This document shows positions 18,135 through 27,371 of a stretch of 64,000 bases of DNA, piece after piece. Source of the stretch: a virus (lineage: Duplodnaviria > Caudoviricetes); the IMG/VR virus record IMGVR_UViG_2721755846_000003, positions 1-64,000 of that record. One strand, 5' to 3'. The stretch's first letter is position 1, and every line of letters begins with the position of its first letter. The position numbers were made by a program, and so were the translations under genes. The notes under the pieces are model-generated. The model was not told where the DNA came from, ran no database searches, and saw nothing but the letters and a program-made list of their open reading frames with translations.

Positions 18135-18758
18135 CTACGGGGCGAACGGCCTTCGCACGACCTCCCGGGTAACGCGCGAACGGTATGGGGACGGATCGGG
18201 CAGTGGCGACGCATTCAGTGCCAGGTCACGAGTCCATGTCGCGTCGGTATCCCGGGCGGTGGAGTCGATGCGGAACGTGATCGTCACGGGCGAGACGTAC
18301 TCGTGCTCCACACCGACCCACAGGCGGTGGACGGTACCGTCCGCGCTGGAGCCCAGGTCCATGGAGCTCACGGCACCGGACGAGTCGGCGTCGGTGCGGA
18401 TGCCCTCCACGTACGTGCCCGAAACCGTGACGCGGACGCTGGACAGTGCTGTTCCCCCATCCTGGATGAGGCGGACGCCAACGCGGCGCTGACCGTAGTC
18501 GTCCTCGCCGATCTCGCCGTGCTCGGCCACGAAGACCGGCCTGTCGGCGTCCAGCCGATCCCGCTCTTCGCCCTCGATCTGGCGTTGCATCAATAGGACC
18601 TGCTGCTCAGCCGCGTCAGCCTGCCGCCGAGCTGATGCCGCCGAGTCCACGGCGGTCTGCGCCTGCCCCTTCGCCACCACCGCCTGCCAGGTGGCAGCGC
18701 CAGCAGCCCCCAAGCTGACGGCGGAGCCAGCTATCGCCACCCACGTTCCAGTGTCCAC
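18135..18758 (-). CDS. Accessory protein: N-terminal TM, coiled coil, beta domain
   Basis: GAGGGGAGAGG RBS before GTG; antisense insertion in the modification block. Confidence 0.7.
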   Translation of the reverse strand: MDTGTWVAIAGSAVSLGAAGAATWQAVVAKGQAQTAVDSAASARRQADAAEQQVLLMQRQIEGEERDRLDADRPVFVAEHGEIGEDDYGQRRVGVRLIQDGGTALSSVRVTVSGTYVEGIRTDADSSGAVSSMDLGSSADGTVHRLWVGVEHEYVSPVTITFRIDSTARDTDATWTRDLALNASPLPDPSPYRSRVTREVVRRPFAP

Positions 18759-18886
18759 GCCTCTCCCCTCACTCGACTCCGAAGCGCAAGGGTAGGGCGC
18801 AGCCGGGATCCATGGGCACGTTCCGGGCCCGGCAGGCCGAGCGGGACACCCGTCGCGCCGGCGCTTCAGGGCGTCCGGGTCGGGTC

Positions 18887-19411
18887 CTATGGAACGGTGT
18901 ACCCCAGCACCTCTCTGGCCGCCACCCTGAAAGCTTCCAGCGCATCCTTCTGATTCGAGTAAGCGTTCAACCTGTCGTCCAAGCCTTCTTGCCTGTCCTC
19001 CTTCGGAGGCAGTGTTTTCAGCCATGTCTGGAAGCCCCCGGCTCGATGAAGTTCCCGGGCCGGCGCCAGGATTGACGTAGGTCCACACAGCTCAATGAGG
19101 GACAGGGCTGCGTTTGACGCCTCTTCGGCCTCCTGCCACACCGTGAGCAGTTCCGGAGGAACCTTGCCGTTCTCCGGGTTCGTCTTGCCGTCCACGGCTC
19201 TACCCGCTGCCTCCATCATCATGTCGGCGCGGATCAGCGCCTGATAGGCCGTCTGCCGGTGCTCACGCTGCCACCGCTCGTCTTCCTTGCGGACCTGCAC
19301 CGCCAGTGCCTCCTGGCTCACGCGGGCCGCCCTGTGCGCACCCCACATGGCTGCGCCTGCACCAAGTGCCGCACCCACCAACCCAATCACGGCCGTCATC
19401 CATTCGCCCAT
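18887..19411 (-). CDS. Accessory protein with N-terminal Gly-rich TM helix
   Basis: AVIGLVGAALGAGAAMWGA, similar to 15662. Confidence 0.7.
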   Translation of the reverse strand: MGEWMTAVIGLVGAALGAGAAMWGAHRAARVSQEALAVQVRKEDERWQREHRQTAYQALIRADMMMEAAGRAVDGKTNPENGKVPPELLTVWQEAEEASNAALSLIELCGPTSILAPARELHRAGGFQTWLKTLPPKEDRQEGLDDRLNAYSNQKDALEAFRVAAREVLGYTVP

Positions 19412-19533
19412 GCGGACAGAGTCTGGCCGTCTCGCTCACCCCGCTGCCACCCGGAGCGACAACCCCCAGGCGGAACTTGCACCTCCGCTTATCCTTCTCC
19501 GTCGCCCAGGACACCGACCAGGGGGATAAGCCC

Positions 19534-20283
19534 ATGTCGCAGGCGACGTACGTACGCACCGCCACGGTGCCGCTCACTGACCTGAGCCCTTACCCGGGCA
19601 ACGCCCGCAAGGGCGACGTGCGCCTCATCCTGGACAGCCTGCGCACCAGCGGCCAGTACCGATCACTGATCGCCCGTCAACTCCCGGACGGCCGCCTGGT
19701 CGTCCTCGCCGGCAACCACACCATGTTCGCCTTGGCGCTCCACGGCCGCGGCCCGTGCCTCCGGACCATCCCCATGGCCGGCCACCCGGAGCAGCCCTGC
19801 GCCATCTGCAACGGTGCCCGTTGGGAGCCCTCCGCCCGGGTGGAGGTCGTGGAGTGCGACGACGAGACCGCGCTCCGCATCAACGTCGTGGACAACCGCG
19901 CCGCCGAGAAAGGCGCCTGGGACCTGGACGCCCTCGTCGACCTGCTCTCCTACCTGCCGGACTACGACGGCACCGGCTACAGCGACCAGGACGTGGAGCG
20001 CCTCCTCGCCCCGCCCCCGACGCTCGAGGAACTGGCCGACACCTACGCCCCGCCCGCGGACTACGGCGACGACCCGCCCGCCGCCGGCCGCCTCGGCATC
20101 CCGGCCGGGGACGGCAGCGGCCTGGGCGAGGGGAGTGGCCTGTGGCCCGTGCTGCGCCTGCGCGTACGCCCGCAGGTCCGTGACGACTTCTACGCAGCCA
20201 CGGCCGGCTGCCCCACCCCAGGCGACGACGGCGCCCGCCTCGCCTGGCTGCTCGAACACACCCGAGAGGACTCCCCCCGATGA
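19534..20283 (+). CDS. ParB/Srx-like protein 2
   Basis: PYPGNARKGD, GQYR, VVLAGNHT, INVVDNR. Confidence 0.85.
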   Translation: MSQATYVRTATVPLTDLSPYPGNARKGDVRLILDSLRTSGQYRSLIARQLPDGRLVVLAGNHTMFALALHGRGPCLRTIPMAGHPEQPCAICNGARWEPSARVEVVECDDETALRINVVDNRAAEKGAWDLDALVDLLSYLPDYDGTGYSDQDVERLLAPPPTLEELADTYAPPADYGDDPPAAGRLGIPAGDGSGLGEGSGLWPVLRLRVRPQVRDDFYAATAGCPTPGDDGARLAWLLEHTREDSPR

Positions 20284-20999
20284 CCACCGCCACCTACCTG
20301 CGCACCGACACCATCCCGGTGGACCAGCTCACCCCGTACCCGGGCAACGCCAAGCGCGGCGACGTCCCCGCCATCCTGCGGAGCCTGCGCAAGAACGGGC
20401 AGTACCGCGGCCTGGTGGTCCGTCAGCAGCCGGACGGCACCCTGGTGGTGCTCGCCGGCAACCACACCCGCCTGGCGCTCGCCGAGCACGGCCCCGGCGA
20501 CTGCGGCGTCAAGGAGTGCGGCCTCTGCCGCAACAGCCCGGACTGGACCCCGGCAGCCCGCTGCGAGGTGGTCGAGTGCGACGACGCCACCGCGCTGCGG
20601 GTCAACCTGGCAGACAACCGCACGGCCGAGCTGGGCCACACCGACTACGCGGCCCTGGCCGACCTGCTCGGCACCCTGGACGACTTCGGCGGCACCGGCT
20701 ACAACGACCAGGACGTCGCCGACATCACCCAGCTGATCGCGCTCCCACAGGACGACGTCAAGGGCGACCCCCGCCCGCCGTCCGGATCCACGGCAGCCGG
20801 GGACGGCCCCGGCCCGGGCAGCCACGACGACGAGGCGAGCCCAGAGGCGTTCCTGCCCGTCATCACCCTGCGCGTCAGTCACGCCACATTCGACCGCTGG
20901 CGCGACGCCCTGGACGCCCACCCGGGAGAGGACGACGCCGCCAAGCTGCTCGGCCTGCTCGCTGAGCTGGAGGCCTACCGCGCCCGGGCGGCCGCATGA
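20280..20999 (+). CDS. ParB/Srx-like protein 3
   Basis: PYPGNAKRGD, GQYR, VVLAGNHT, VNLADNR. Confidence 0.85.
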   Translation: MTTATYLRTDTIPVDQLTPYPGNAKRGDVPAILRSLRKNGQYRGLVVRQQPDGTLVVLAGNHTRLALAEHGPGDCGVKECGLCRNSPDWTPAARCEVVECDDATALRVNLADNRTAELGHTDYAALADLLGTLDDFGGTGYNDQDVADITQLIALPQDDVKGDPRPPSGSTAAGDGPGPGSHDDEASPEAFLPVITLRVSHATFDRWRDALDAHPGEDDAAKLLGLLAELEAYRARAAA

Positions 21000-21928
21000 C
21001 CGCCACCGCGTCCAACCCCGGCCAGCCCTTCAAGGTGCTGTGCTCCTACGCCTACTTCCGCGGCCACAACTTCGGGCCTCTGCTGGAGAGCGTCCACCAG
21101 GGCCCGACCATGGTCTTCGGGGACTCCGGCGCCCACTCCGCCCGCACCCTGGGCATCTCCCTGACCCTGGACGGCTATGCGGCCTGGTGCCACCGCTGGG
21201 ACCAGCACCTCACCCTGTACGCCAACCTGGACGTCATCGGCGCCCCAGAGGCCACATGGCGCAACCAGCGCGCACTGGAGGAGCAGCACGGCCTCACCCC
21301 GATCCCCGTGTTCCACACCGGTGAACCGTGGAGCTACCTGGAGCGGTACATCGACGAGGGATACACGTACATCGCCCTCGGCAAGCTCCTCGGCAACCCG
21401 CTCGATGAGCTGCTGCCCTGGCTCGACAAGGCATTCAGCATCGCCGGCGACCGGGCCGTCTTCCACGGCTTCGGCATGACCGTGTGGGACGTGGTGCGCC
21501 GACTGCCCTTCTACAGCGTGGACTCCTCCACCTGGACCCAGCCGTACCGGTTCGGGATCGTCAAGCTCTTCGACCACCACCGCGGCCAGTGGGTCAACTT
21601 CCTCATGCGGGACAAGCAGAAGGTCCTCCAGCACCGGGACCTGCTGCGGGCCCACCACACCGACCCGCTCATCTACGCCTCCCACGGAACCTACGACCGC
21701 ACCGAGGCCACCGTCACCGCGGCCGTGGCCTGGCGCCGCGCGGAGGCATTCCTGCGCGCCCGGCACGGACCCATCGCCATGCCACCCAGCGACCGCAACC
21801 CGATCACCCGCCACGGCGGTACGGCCACGCCCGGCCTGCACCTGTACCTGGCGGAGTCCACCACCACCAACATCTACCGGGCCAGCAAGGGCGTACGGGC
21901 CCGGGCCCACCTGGAGGCCACCCGATGA
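20996..21928 (+). CDS. dpdA: DpdA-like (TGT-fold) DNA 7-deazaguanine transglycosylase
   Basis: DSGAHS, NLDVIG, PVFHTGE, IALG, HGFG.T, SVDSSTW motifs; adjacent to queD/queE/folE. Confidence 0.8.
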   Translation: MTATASNPGQPFKVLCSYAYFRGHNFGPLLESVHQGPTMVFGDSGAHSARTLGISLTLDGYAAWCHRWDQHLTLYANLDVIGAPEATWRNQRALEEQHGLTPIPVFHTGEPWSYLERYIDEGYTYIALGKLLGNPLDELLPWLDKAFSIAGDRAVFHGFGMTVWDVVRRLPFYSVDSSTWTQPYRFGIVKLFDHHRGQWVNFLMRDKQKVLQHRDLLRAHHTDPLIYASHGTYDRTEATVTAAVAWRRAEAFLRARHGPIAMPPSDRNPITRHGGTATPGLHLYLAESTTTNIYRASKGVRARAHLEATR

Positions 21929-22434
21929 GCGGCACCCCCACCCCGCAGCCCTGCGAGATCCCCCACGCGACCAGGCAAGAAGAGGAGGAATGCGAGCGGC
22001 GCCGCCTCGCCGCACCGGACACCACCACCCTCATCCGCACCGTCACGGTCGGCCCGATCGGCATCTTCTTCACCAACGTCAACAGGGCCATGGGCCTGCG
22101 CGCCCACTCCCACACCGGTGCCGTCACCGTCGTCTACGACACGATCGGCCGCCACGGCTACCCCTCCTTCGCGGAGACGAACGCCGCCCTGGAGCGCCGC
22201 ATCCACGAGCTGACCCGGGCCGTGTTCAAGGACGCCACCAACGAGGACATCGCCGACCGCCTGTTCTCCCACCTCGACGGCTACACAGCGCCGGAGTGGG
22301 AGAGCTGGGGCGGCGCCTACAACCTGCGTGCCGTCCACCTTGACGTCATCGGCGTCCGGGACGCCATCGGCCACGACACCGGCACCACCCGCTACACCGT
22401 CGCCCGCACCCACCCCCAGGAGCACCAGTCATGA
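21925..22434 (+). CDS. Divergent QueD-like T-fold protein of unknown activity
   Basis: HSH motif and TNEDIADRLF, resembling QueD HGH and PTxENIA; coupled at both ends. Confidence 0.6.
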   Translation: MSGTPTPQPCEIPHATRQEEEECERRRLAAPDTTTLIRTVTVGPIGIFFTNVNRAMGLRAHSHTGAVTVVYDTIGRHGYPSFAETNAALERRIHELTRAVFKDATNEDIADRLFSHLDGYTAPEWESWGGAYNLRAVHLDVIGVRDAIGHDTGTTRYTVARTHPQEHQS

Positions 22435-22883
22435 GCCACCACGTCACGGTCCGGCACAACTTCGAGACCGCCCACCGCGTGCCGCACCTGCCCGGCAAGT
22501 GCACCAACCTGCACGGCCACTCCTGGTGGGCAGAGATCACCGTCACCGCACCAGAGCTGTCCCGCAGCGGCCTGGTCGTGGAGTTCGGCGCCTTCAAGAA
22601 GCTGCTGCGCCGGTGGATCGATGACTACCTGGACCACGGCGCCATGCTCGGCGCCCAGGACGCCCTCCTGCCCATCCTGCGCGCCCACGGCTCCAAGGTG
22701 TACGAGGTGACCGGCTGGCCCACCGTGGAGGCCACGGCCGAGCTGCTCGCCCACGTCGCCGGCGACATCCTCACGGACCTGGTGCGCGCGGAGGGCGCCT
22801 ACGTCTCCCGAGTCCACGTCACCGAGACCCATGTCAACGGCGCCACCTGGACCGCGCCCGCCCCGGCCGGGACCGCCGCATGA
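22431..22883 (+). CDS. queD: 6-carboxy-5,6,7,8-tetrahydropterin synthase
   Basis: FETAHR, GKCTNLHGH, LDH, PTVE. Confidence 0.92.
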   Translation: MSHHVTVRHNFETAHRVPHLPGKCTNLHGHSWWAEITVTAPELSRSGLVVEFGAFKKLLRRWIDDYLDHGAMLGAQDALLPILRAHGSKVYEVTGWPTVEATAELLAHVAGDILTDLVRAEGAYVSRVHVTETHVNGATWTAPAPAGTAA

Positions 22884-23611
22884 CCCCCGACACCGTCACC
22901 GTCGACACCACCGACACCCTCGTCATCCGAGAAGTGTTCGGCTGCACCGTGCAAGGAGAGGGACCCTCCTGCGGGCGGCGCTGCTCGTTCATCCGCCTGG
23001 GCGGCTGCAATCTGACCTGTGGCTGGTGCGACACCCCGGAGACCTGGGACGCGGGCCGATTCGACCTGCGCCAGACCCTCACCCGCACCCCCGTCGCCGA
23101 GATCGTCACCCGCGCCCTGGAGGGCGACCCCGGCATGGTCGTCATCACCGGCGGGGAACCCCTGCTCCACCAGCGCAAGGACGGCTGGCGCTCCCTCCTC
23201 GGCGCGCTCATCCTCGCCGGCACGGAGATCGAGGTGGAGACCAACGGCACCCAGGAGCCCGAGGAGCACACCGCCCGCTGGGTGACCCGCTTCAACGTCT
23301 CGCCCAAGCTCGCCCACGCCGGCGACCCCGCGGACAAGCGCATCCGCCCCGGCGCCCTGTACGCCCTGCACGACACCCACAAAGCCGTCTTCAAGTTCGT
23401 CTGCCGCAACACCGCCGACGTCCACGAGGTACAGGCGTTCACCGCCGCCTACGGCATCCCGCCCGGCCTGGTGTGGGTGATGCCCGAGGGCACCGACACC
23501 GCCACCATCTCCACCCGCCTGGGGGAGATCGCCGACCCGGCCATCGCCGCCGGATTCAACCTGAGCACCCGCCTGCATGTACATGCCTGGGGCGACGAGA
23601 AAGGCCGATAG
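22880..23611 (+). CDS. queE: 7-carboxy-7-deazaguanine synthase (radical SAM)
   Basis: QGEG, FIRLGGCNLTCGWCDT, ITGGEP, ETNG, SPK, KFV. Confidence 0.93.
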   Translation: MTPDTVTVDTTDTLVIREVFGCTVQGEGPSCGRRCSFIRLGGCNLTCGWCDTPETWDAGRFDLRQTLTRTPVAEIVTRALEGDPGMVVITGGEPLLHQRKDGWRSLLGALILAGTEIEVETNGTQEPEEHTARWVTRFNVSPKLAHAGDPADKRIRPGALYALHDTHKAVFKFVCRNTADVHEVQAFTAAYGIPPGLVWVMPEGTDTATISTRLGEIADPAIAAGFNLSTRLHVHAWGDEKGR

Positions 23612-23615
23612 ACCC

Positions 23616-24287
23616 ATGACCACCACCGAGCCCAAGGGCCTGCGGATCGCCCCCGGCGCCCTCACCCCCAAGCCCTCCCGCTCCATCACCGTCCCGGCCC
23701 CCGCCTACCCGGGCGACCCGCTGCCCGGCGCCGTGGCGCTCCAGGCCGGCGTACGGGCCTGGCTGGAGGCCCGCGGCCTGGACGCGGACGCCCCGGACCT
23801 GGTGGACACCCCCGCCCGCGTGCTCCGGGCCCTCAACGAGATGACCGCCGGCTACGACGAGGACCCCGCCCAGCACCTCGCCCGGACGTTCCCGGCCCAG
23901 CACGCCGGGACGCCGATCGTCGTCACCGGGGTGCCGTTCACGTCGCTCTGCGCCCACCACCTGCTCCCGTTCACCGGGCACGCGGACATCGCCTACCAGC
24001 CCCGCTTGGGCGACCCCGTGGCCGGACTGTCCAAGCTGCCGCGCGTCCTGGACGTGTACGCCCGCCGCCTTCAGACGCAGGAAGACCTCACCCGCCAGGT
24101 GACCGCCGCCCTGGACGAGCACCTGGCCCCGCTCGGCGCCGCGTGCGTCATCCGCTCCGAACACGGTTGCCTCGCCCACCGAGGGGCGCGCAAGCCCGGC
24201 GCCGTCATGGTCACCGCGTCCTACACCGGGTGCTTCGACGCCGACGTGTACCGGCGGGAGGAGCTGCACCGCCTCATGTCCGGCTGA
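23616..24287 (+). CDS. folE: GTP cyclohydrolase I
   Basis: DTPARV, SLCAHHLLPF.G, GLSKL.R, RLQTQE, H.C...RG. Confidence 0.93.
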   Translation: MTTTEPKGLRIAPGALTPKPSRSITVPAPAYPGDPLPGAVALQAGVRAWLEARGLDADAPDLVDTPARVLRALNEMTAGYDEDPAQHLARTFPAQHAGTPIVVTGVPFTSLCAHHLLPFTGHADIAYQPRLGDPVAGLSKLPRVLDVYARRLQTQEDLTRQVTAALDEHLAPLGAACVIRSEHGCLAHRGARKPGAVMVTASYTGCFDADVYRREELHRLMSG

Positions 24288-24334
24288 CCCCCCGATATGC
24301 GAACCAATAGGCACATGCGAACGGAGGGCACCCG

Positions 24335-24784
24335 ATGAGCGCCAGCAGGGCCAAGCGCGCCCAGGTCGCGGAGCGCCGCGCCAAGGCCATCGCCATGGTG
24401 CTGGCCGGAGTCGATTACGAGACGATCGCCGACCGGCTCGGCTACGCGAGCAGAGGCGCCGCGCACACCGACGTGGACCGCGCCCTGGCCGCGAACCTCA
24501 CCGACCTGGAGACCTCGGCGGGCAGCCTGCGGGAGGTCCAGTTCATGCGCTACCAGCGGCTGCTGGCCGCCCTGTGGCCCAAGGCCCTCAAGGGCGACCT
24601 GAAAGCGGTGGAGGGAGCGGCGCGGCTGGTCGACCGCATCGTGAAGCTTTGGGGCCTGGCCGAGCCGGAGCGGCTGGACCTCAACGTGGACGCCCAGCGC
24701 CTGGGGGACGAGATCCTGGCGCTCCTGCGCGAGCAGACCAGCGACGGCGACGAGGGCGACGAGGATGCGTCTGACCTGCCGTAA
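24335..24784 (+). CDS. terS: Terminase small subunit
   Basis: HTH (AG.DYETIA..LGY), GDLKA, KLWGL..PE; position before terL. Confidence 0.75.
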   Translation: MSASRAKRAQVAERRAKAIAMVLAGVDYETIADRLGYASRGAAHTDVDRALAANLTDLETSAGSLREVQFMRYQRLLAALWPKALKGDLKAVEGAARLVDRIVKLWGLAEPERLDLNVDAQRLGDEILALLREQTSDGDEGDEDASDLP

Positions 24785-24923
24785 CGACCCTGTACCAGGG
24801 CACGAGGCGCGCGATCTTGTGCCCTGGTGCGCACCTACCATTTCGGCCATAAGCCCCGCGGCGGCAGCCACCACCACGGGGCGGTGCCAGACCTACCGAC
24901 CCTGTGATGACGAGAGGTCCGAC

Positions 24924-25703
24924 GTGCCCGACCGTACCTGTGTGACGCCGCGCTGCGGCAAGTCCCCTGCCCCCCACCGTGCCCGCCTCGGCTCCGGGCA
25001 CTGGTGCATGTCCTGCCTGGACCACTGGCGCAGGAAGGGCACCGACCCGGCCGAGCGCCAGGCCCTGCGCCCCGTCGCCGACTCCTGCCCCGTCCTGGAG
25101 GGCGGCGTACGGTGCGGGCGGCCCGTGGCCGTGAAGCGCACCGGCTGGTGCCAGATGCACCGCAAGGTCGCCCAGAACAACGGCGGCGACCCCACCGCCC
25201 GCAAGCGCGCCCCGCGCGGCTCCCTGCTCGCCCTCGTGCGCGCTGCGGCAGTCGCCACGACCGAGGAGTGCATCATCCCGCCCGGGTGGGAGCAGCGGCC
25301 CATCCTGCGCCTTGACGGCGAGCAGATGACCGCAGCCCGGGCCGTGTGGAAGCTCGCCCACGGGGACCCCGGCGACCAGCAAGTGCTCCACACCTGCAAC
25401 GAGGGCGACGGCTCACACGGCTGCATCAGCATCCGCCACCTGTACCTGGGCGACCACGCCGACAACACCCAGGACCGGCTGGACGCCGAGCGGCAGGCGC
25501 GCGGCGAGGGGCACGCCAGGCACGTCCTGACGGAGGCCCAGGTGCTCGACGCCCGCCGCCGTCACGTGCCCGGCCGGGCCGGGAACACCCGGGCGCTCGC
25601 CGAGGAGTTCAGCGTGGCCGTCACCACCATGCGCAACGCCGTCGGTGGGCGATCATGGCGACATCTGGAGGGGGTGCCGCGTGGCGACGCTGGAGGAGCT
25701 TGA
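24924..25703 (+). CDS. HNH homing endonuclease 1 (Zn fingers, HNH, C-terminal HTH)
   Basis: VLHTC...GCISIRHLYLGD...N..D, RGE...LT...V. Confidence 0.85.
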   Translation: MPDRTCVTPRCGKSPAPHRARLGSGHWCMSCLDHWRRKGTDPAERQALRPVADSCPVLEGGVRCGRPVAVKRTGWCQMHRKVAQNNGGDPTARKRAPRGSLLALVRAAAVATTEECIIPPGWEQRPILRLDGEQMTAARAVWKLAHGDPGDQQVLHTCNEGDGSHGCISIRHLYLGDHADNTQDRLDAERQARGEGHARHVLTEAQVLDARRRHVPGRAGNTRALAEEFSVAVTTMRNAVGGRSWRHLEGVPRGDAGGA

Positions 25704-27312
25704 GGCGCAGGTCGTCGCTCTCGTGCGCGCGGGGGACACCAAGTCCCTCCGCGCGCTGCGGGACCGCGTCAAGGCGCAGCACACCAGTAAGCGCGCCCGC
25801 CGGGTCACGCGGTACATGTACGACCCGGTGGGGTGGGCCCGGCACTGCATCGCCTGGGATGAGGGGGAGGGCCTGGCCGCCTACCAGGAGGACGTCCTGG
25901 CCGCGCTCCCCGTCCACCGCCGCGTCGCCGTCCGTGGCCCCCACGGCCTGGGCAAGACCGCCCAGGCCGCCATCACCGTCCTGTGGTTCGCCACCACCCG
26001 GGAGGCCGCCGGTATCGACTGGAAGGTCATCATGACCGCCAGTGCCTGGCGCCACTTGTCGGTGTACCTGGTGCCCGAGGTGAGGAAGTGGGCCAAGCGC
26101 ATCCGGTGGGACGTGCTCGGCCGGCCGCCGTTCTCGGAGCGCACCGAGCTGCTGGCGCTCAACCTGAAGCTGGTCAACGGCGCGGCCACCCCCGTGGCCT
26201 CCAACAAGCCGGAGCTGATCGAGGGCGCGCACGCCGACTCCCTGCTTTACCTCATCGACGAGGCCAAGATCGTCCCTGACGGCACGTGGGACGCCATCGA
26301 GGGCGCTTTCTCAGGCGGCCGCATGGACGGCCTTCCGGAGGCTTTCGCGTTCGCCATCTCCACCCCGGGCCCGCCCGCCGGACGGTTCTACGACATCCAC
26401 AAGCGCGCCCCCGGCCTGGAGGACTGGCACGTACGGCACGTGACGCTCGAGGAGGCCATCGCCGCCGGCCGCATCTCGCCTCAGTGGGCCGAGCAGCGCG
26501 CCAAGCAGTGGGGCCGGGACTCCGCCATGTTCGCCAACCGCGTCCTGGGGGAGTTCCACGCCTCCGACGAGGACAGCGTCATCCCCCTGTCGTGGGTGGA
26601 CGCCGCGATCGAGCGGTGGCACGAGTGGGACCAGGCCAGCCGCCCCGCCCCGGACGGCCGCCGCGTGCTCGGCGTCGACGTCGCCCGAGCCGGCGGGGAC
26701 TCCACCGTGCTGGCGCACCGTCTGGGCCTGGTCGTCGCCGAGCTGGAGATCCATGACCGGGAGGACACCATGCAGACCACCGCCCGCGTTCAGGCTGCCC
26801 TGGGTGAGGAGCCAGGCGGCGCCGTCGCCGTGGTCGACTCGGTCGGCGTGGGTGGTGGCGTCATCGACCGCTCCCGGGAGCTGCGCGTGCCCGTGCTGGC
26901 CTACACCGGCGCGGCCGGTACCAAGCTGCGCACCCGAGACGGGCAGTACGGGTTCACCAACACCCGCAGCGCCGCGTACTGGAGGCTGCGGGAGCTGCTG
27001 GACCCCGCGTTCGGCGCCCTGCTCGCCCTCCCGCCGGATGACCTGCTGGTGTCCGACCTGACGACGCCCACGTGGGACATCACCACCGGCGTGCCGCCCA
27101 AGATCAAAGTGGAGCCCAAGGACGACGTGGTCGCCCGCCTCGGCCGCTCCCCGGACAGGGGCGATGCGGTCGCCATGGCCATGTACGCGGACCACCTGGC
27201 CGCGTCCAAGGTCCACGCCCCCGGCGGCCAGCGAGACGGCCGGCCCTCCCGCGCCGCCGCCCGCTACGGCCGCCCGACGACCCAGGGCCTGCCACCGTCC
27301 AAGTTCACCTAG
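25681..27312 (+). CDS. terL: Terminase large subunit
   Basis: Walker A GPHGLGKT, Walker B LIDEA, ISTP, nuclease GVDVAR.G.D, SPD.GDA. Confidence 0.95.
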   Translation: MATLEELEAQVVALVRAGDTKSLRALRDRVKAQHTSKRARRVTRYMYDPVGWARHCIAWDEGEGLAAYQEDVLAALPVHRRVAVRGPHGLGKTAQAAITVLWFATTREAAGIDWKVIMTASAWRHLSVYLVPEVRKWAKRIRWDVLGRPPFSERTELLALNLKLVNGAATPVASNKPELIEGAHADSLLYLIDEAKIVPDGTWDAIEGAFSGGRMDGLPEAFAFAISTPGPPAGRFYDIHKRAPGLEDWHVRHVTLEEAIAAGRISPQWAEQRAKQWGRDSAMFANRVLGEFHASDEDSVIPLSWVDAAIERWHEWDQASRPAPDGRRVLGVDVARAGGDSTVLAHRLGLVVAELEIHDREDTMQTTARVQAALGEEPGGAVAVVDSVGVGGGVIDRSRELRVPVLAYTGAAGTKLRTRDGQYGFTNTRSAAYWRLRELLDPAFGALLALPPDDLLVSDLTTPTWDITTGVPPKIKVEPKDDVVARLGRSPDRGDAVAMAMYADHLAASKVHAPGGQRDGRPSRAAARYGRPTTQGLPPSKFT

Positions 27313-27371
27313 ACCCGGGTCGGGTCCACGTCACCAGTCGGTGCGGCGACCGGTGACGGACGGCTGGAGGC

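Noticed and set aside
16496-20999. ParABS partition locus
   Set aside because: No ParA and no typical ParB HTH; the context is DNA modification and packaging
24290-24301. CCCGATATGCG after folE (and CCCGATATG on the minus strand near 8265) as further array hairpins
   Set aside because: The loop sequence is present but there is no flanking stem; may be chance
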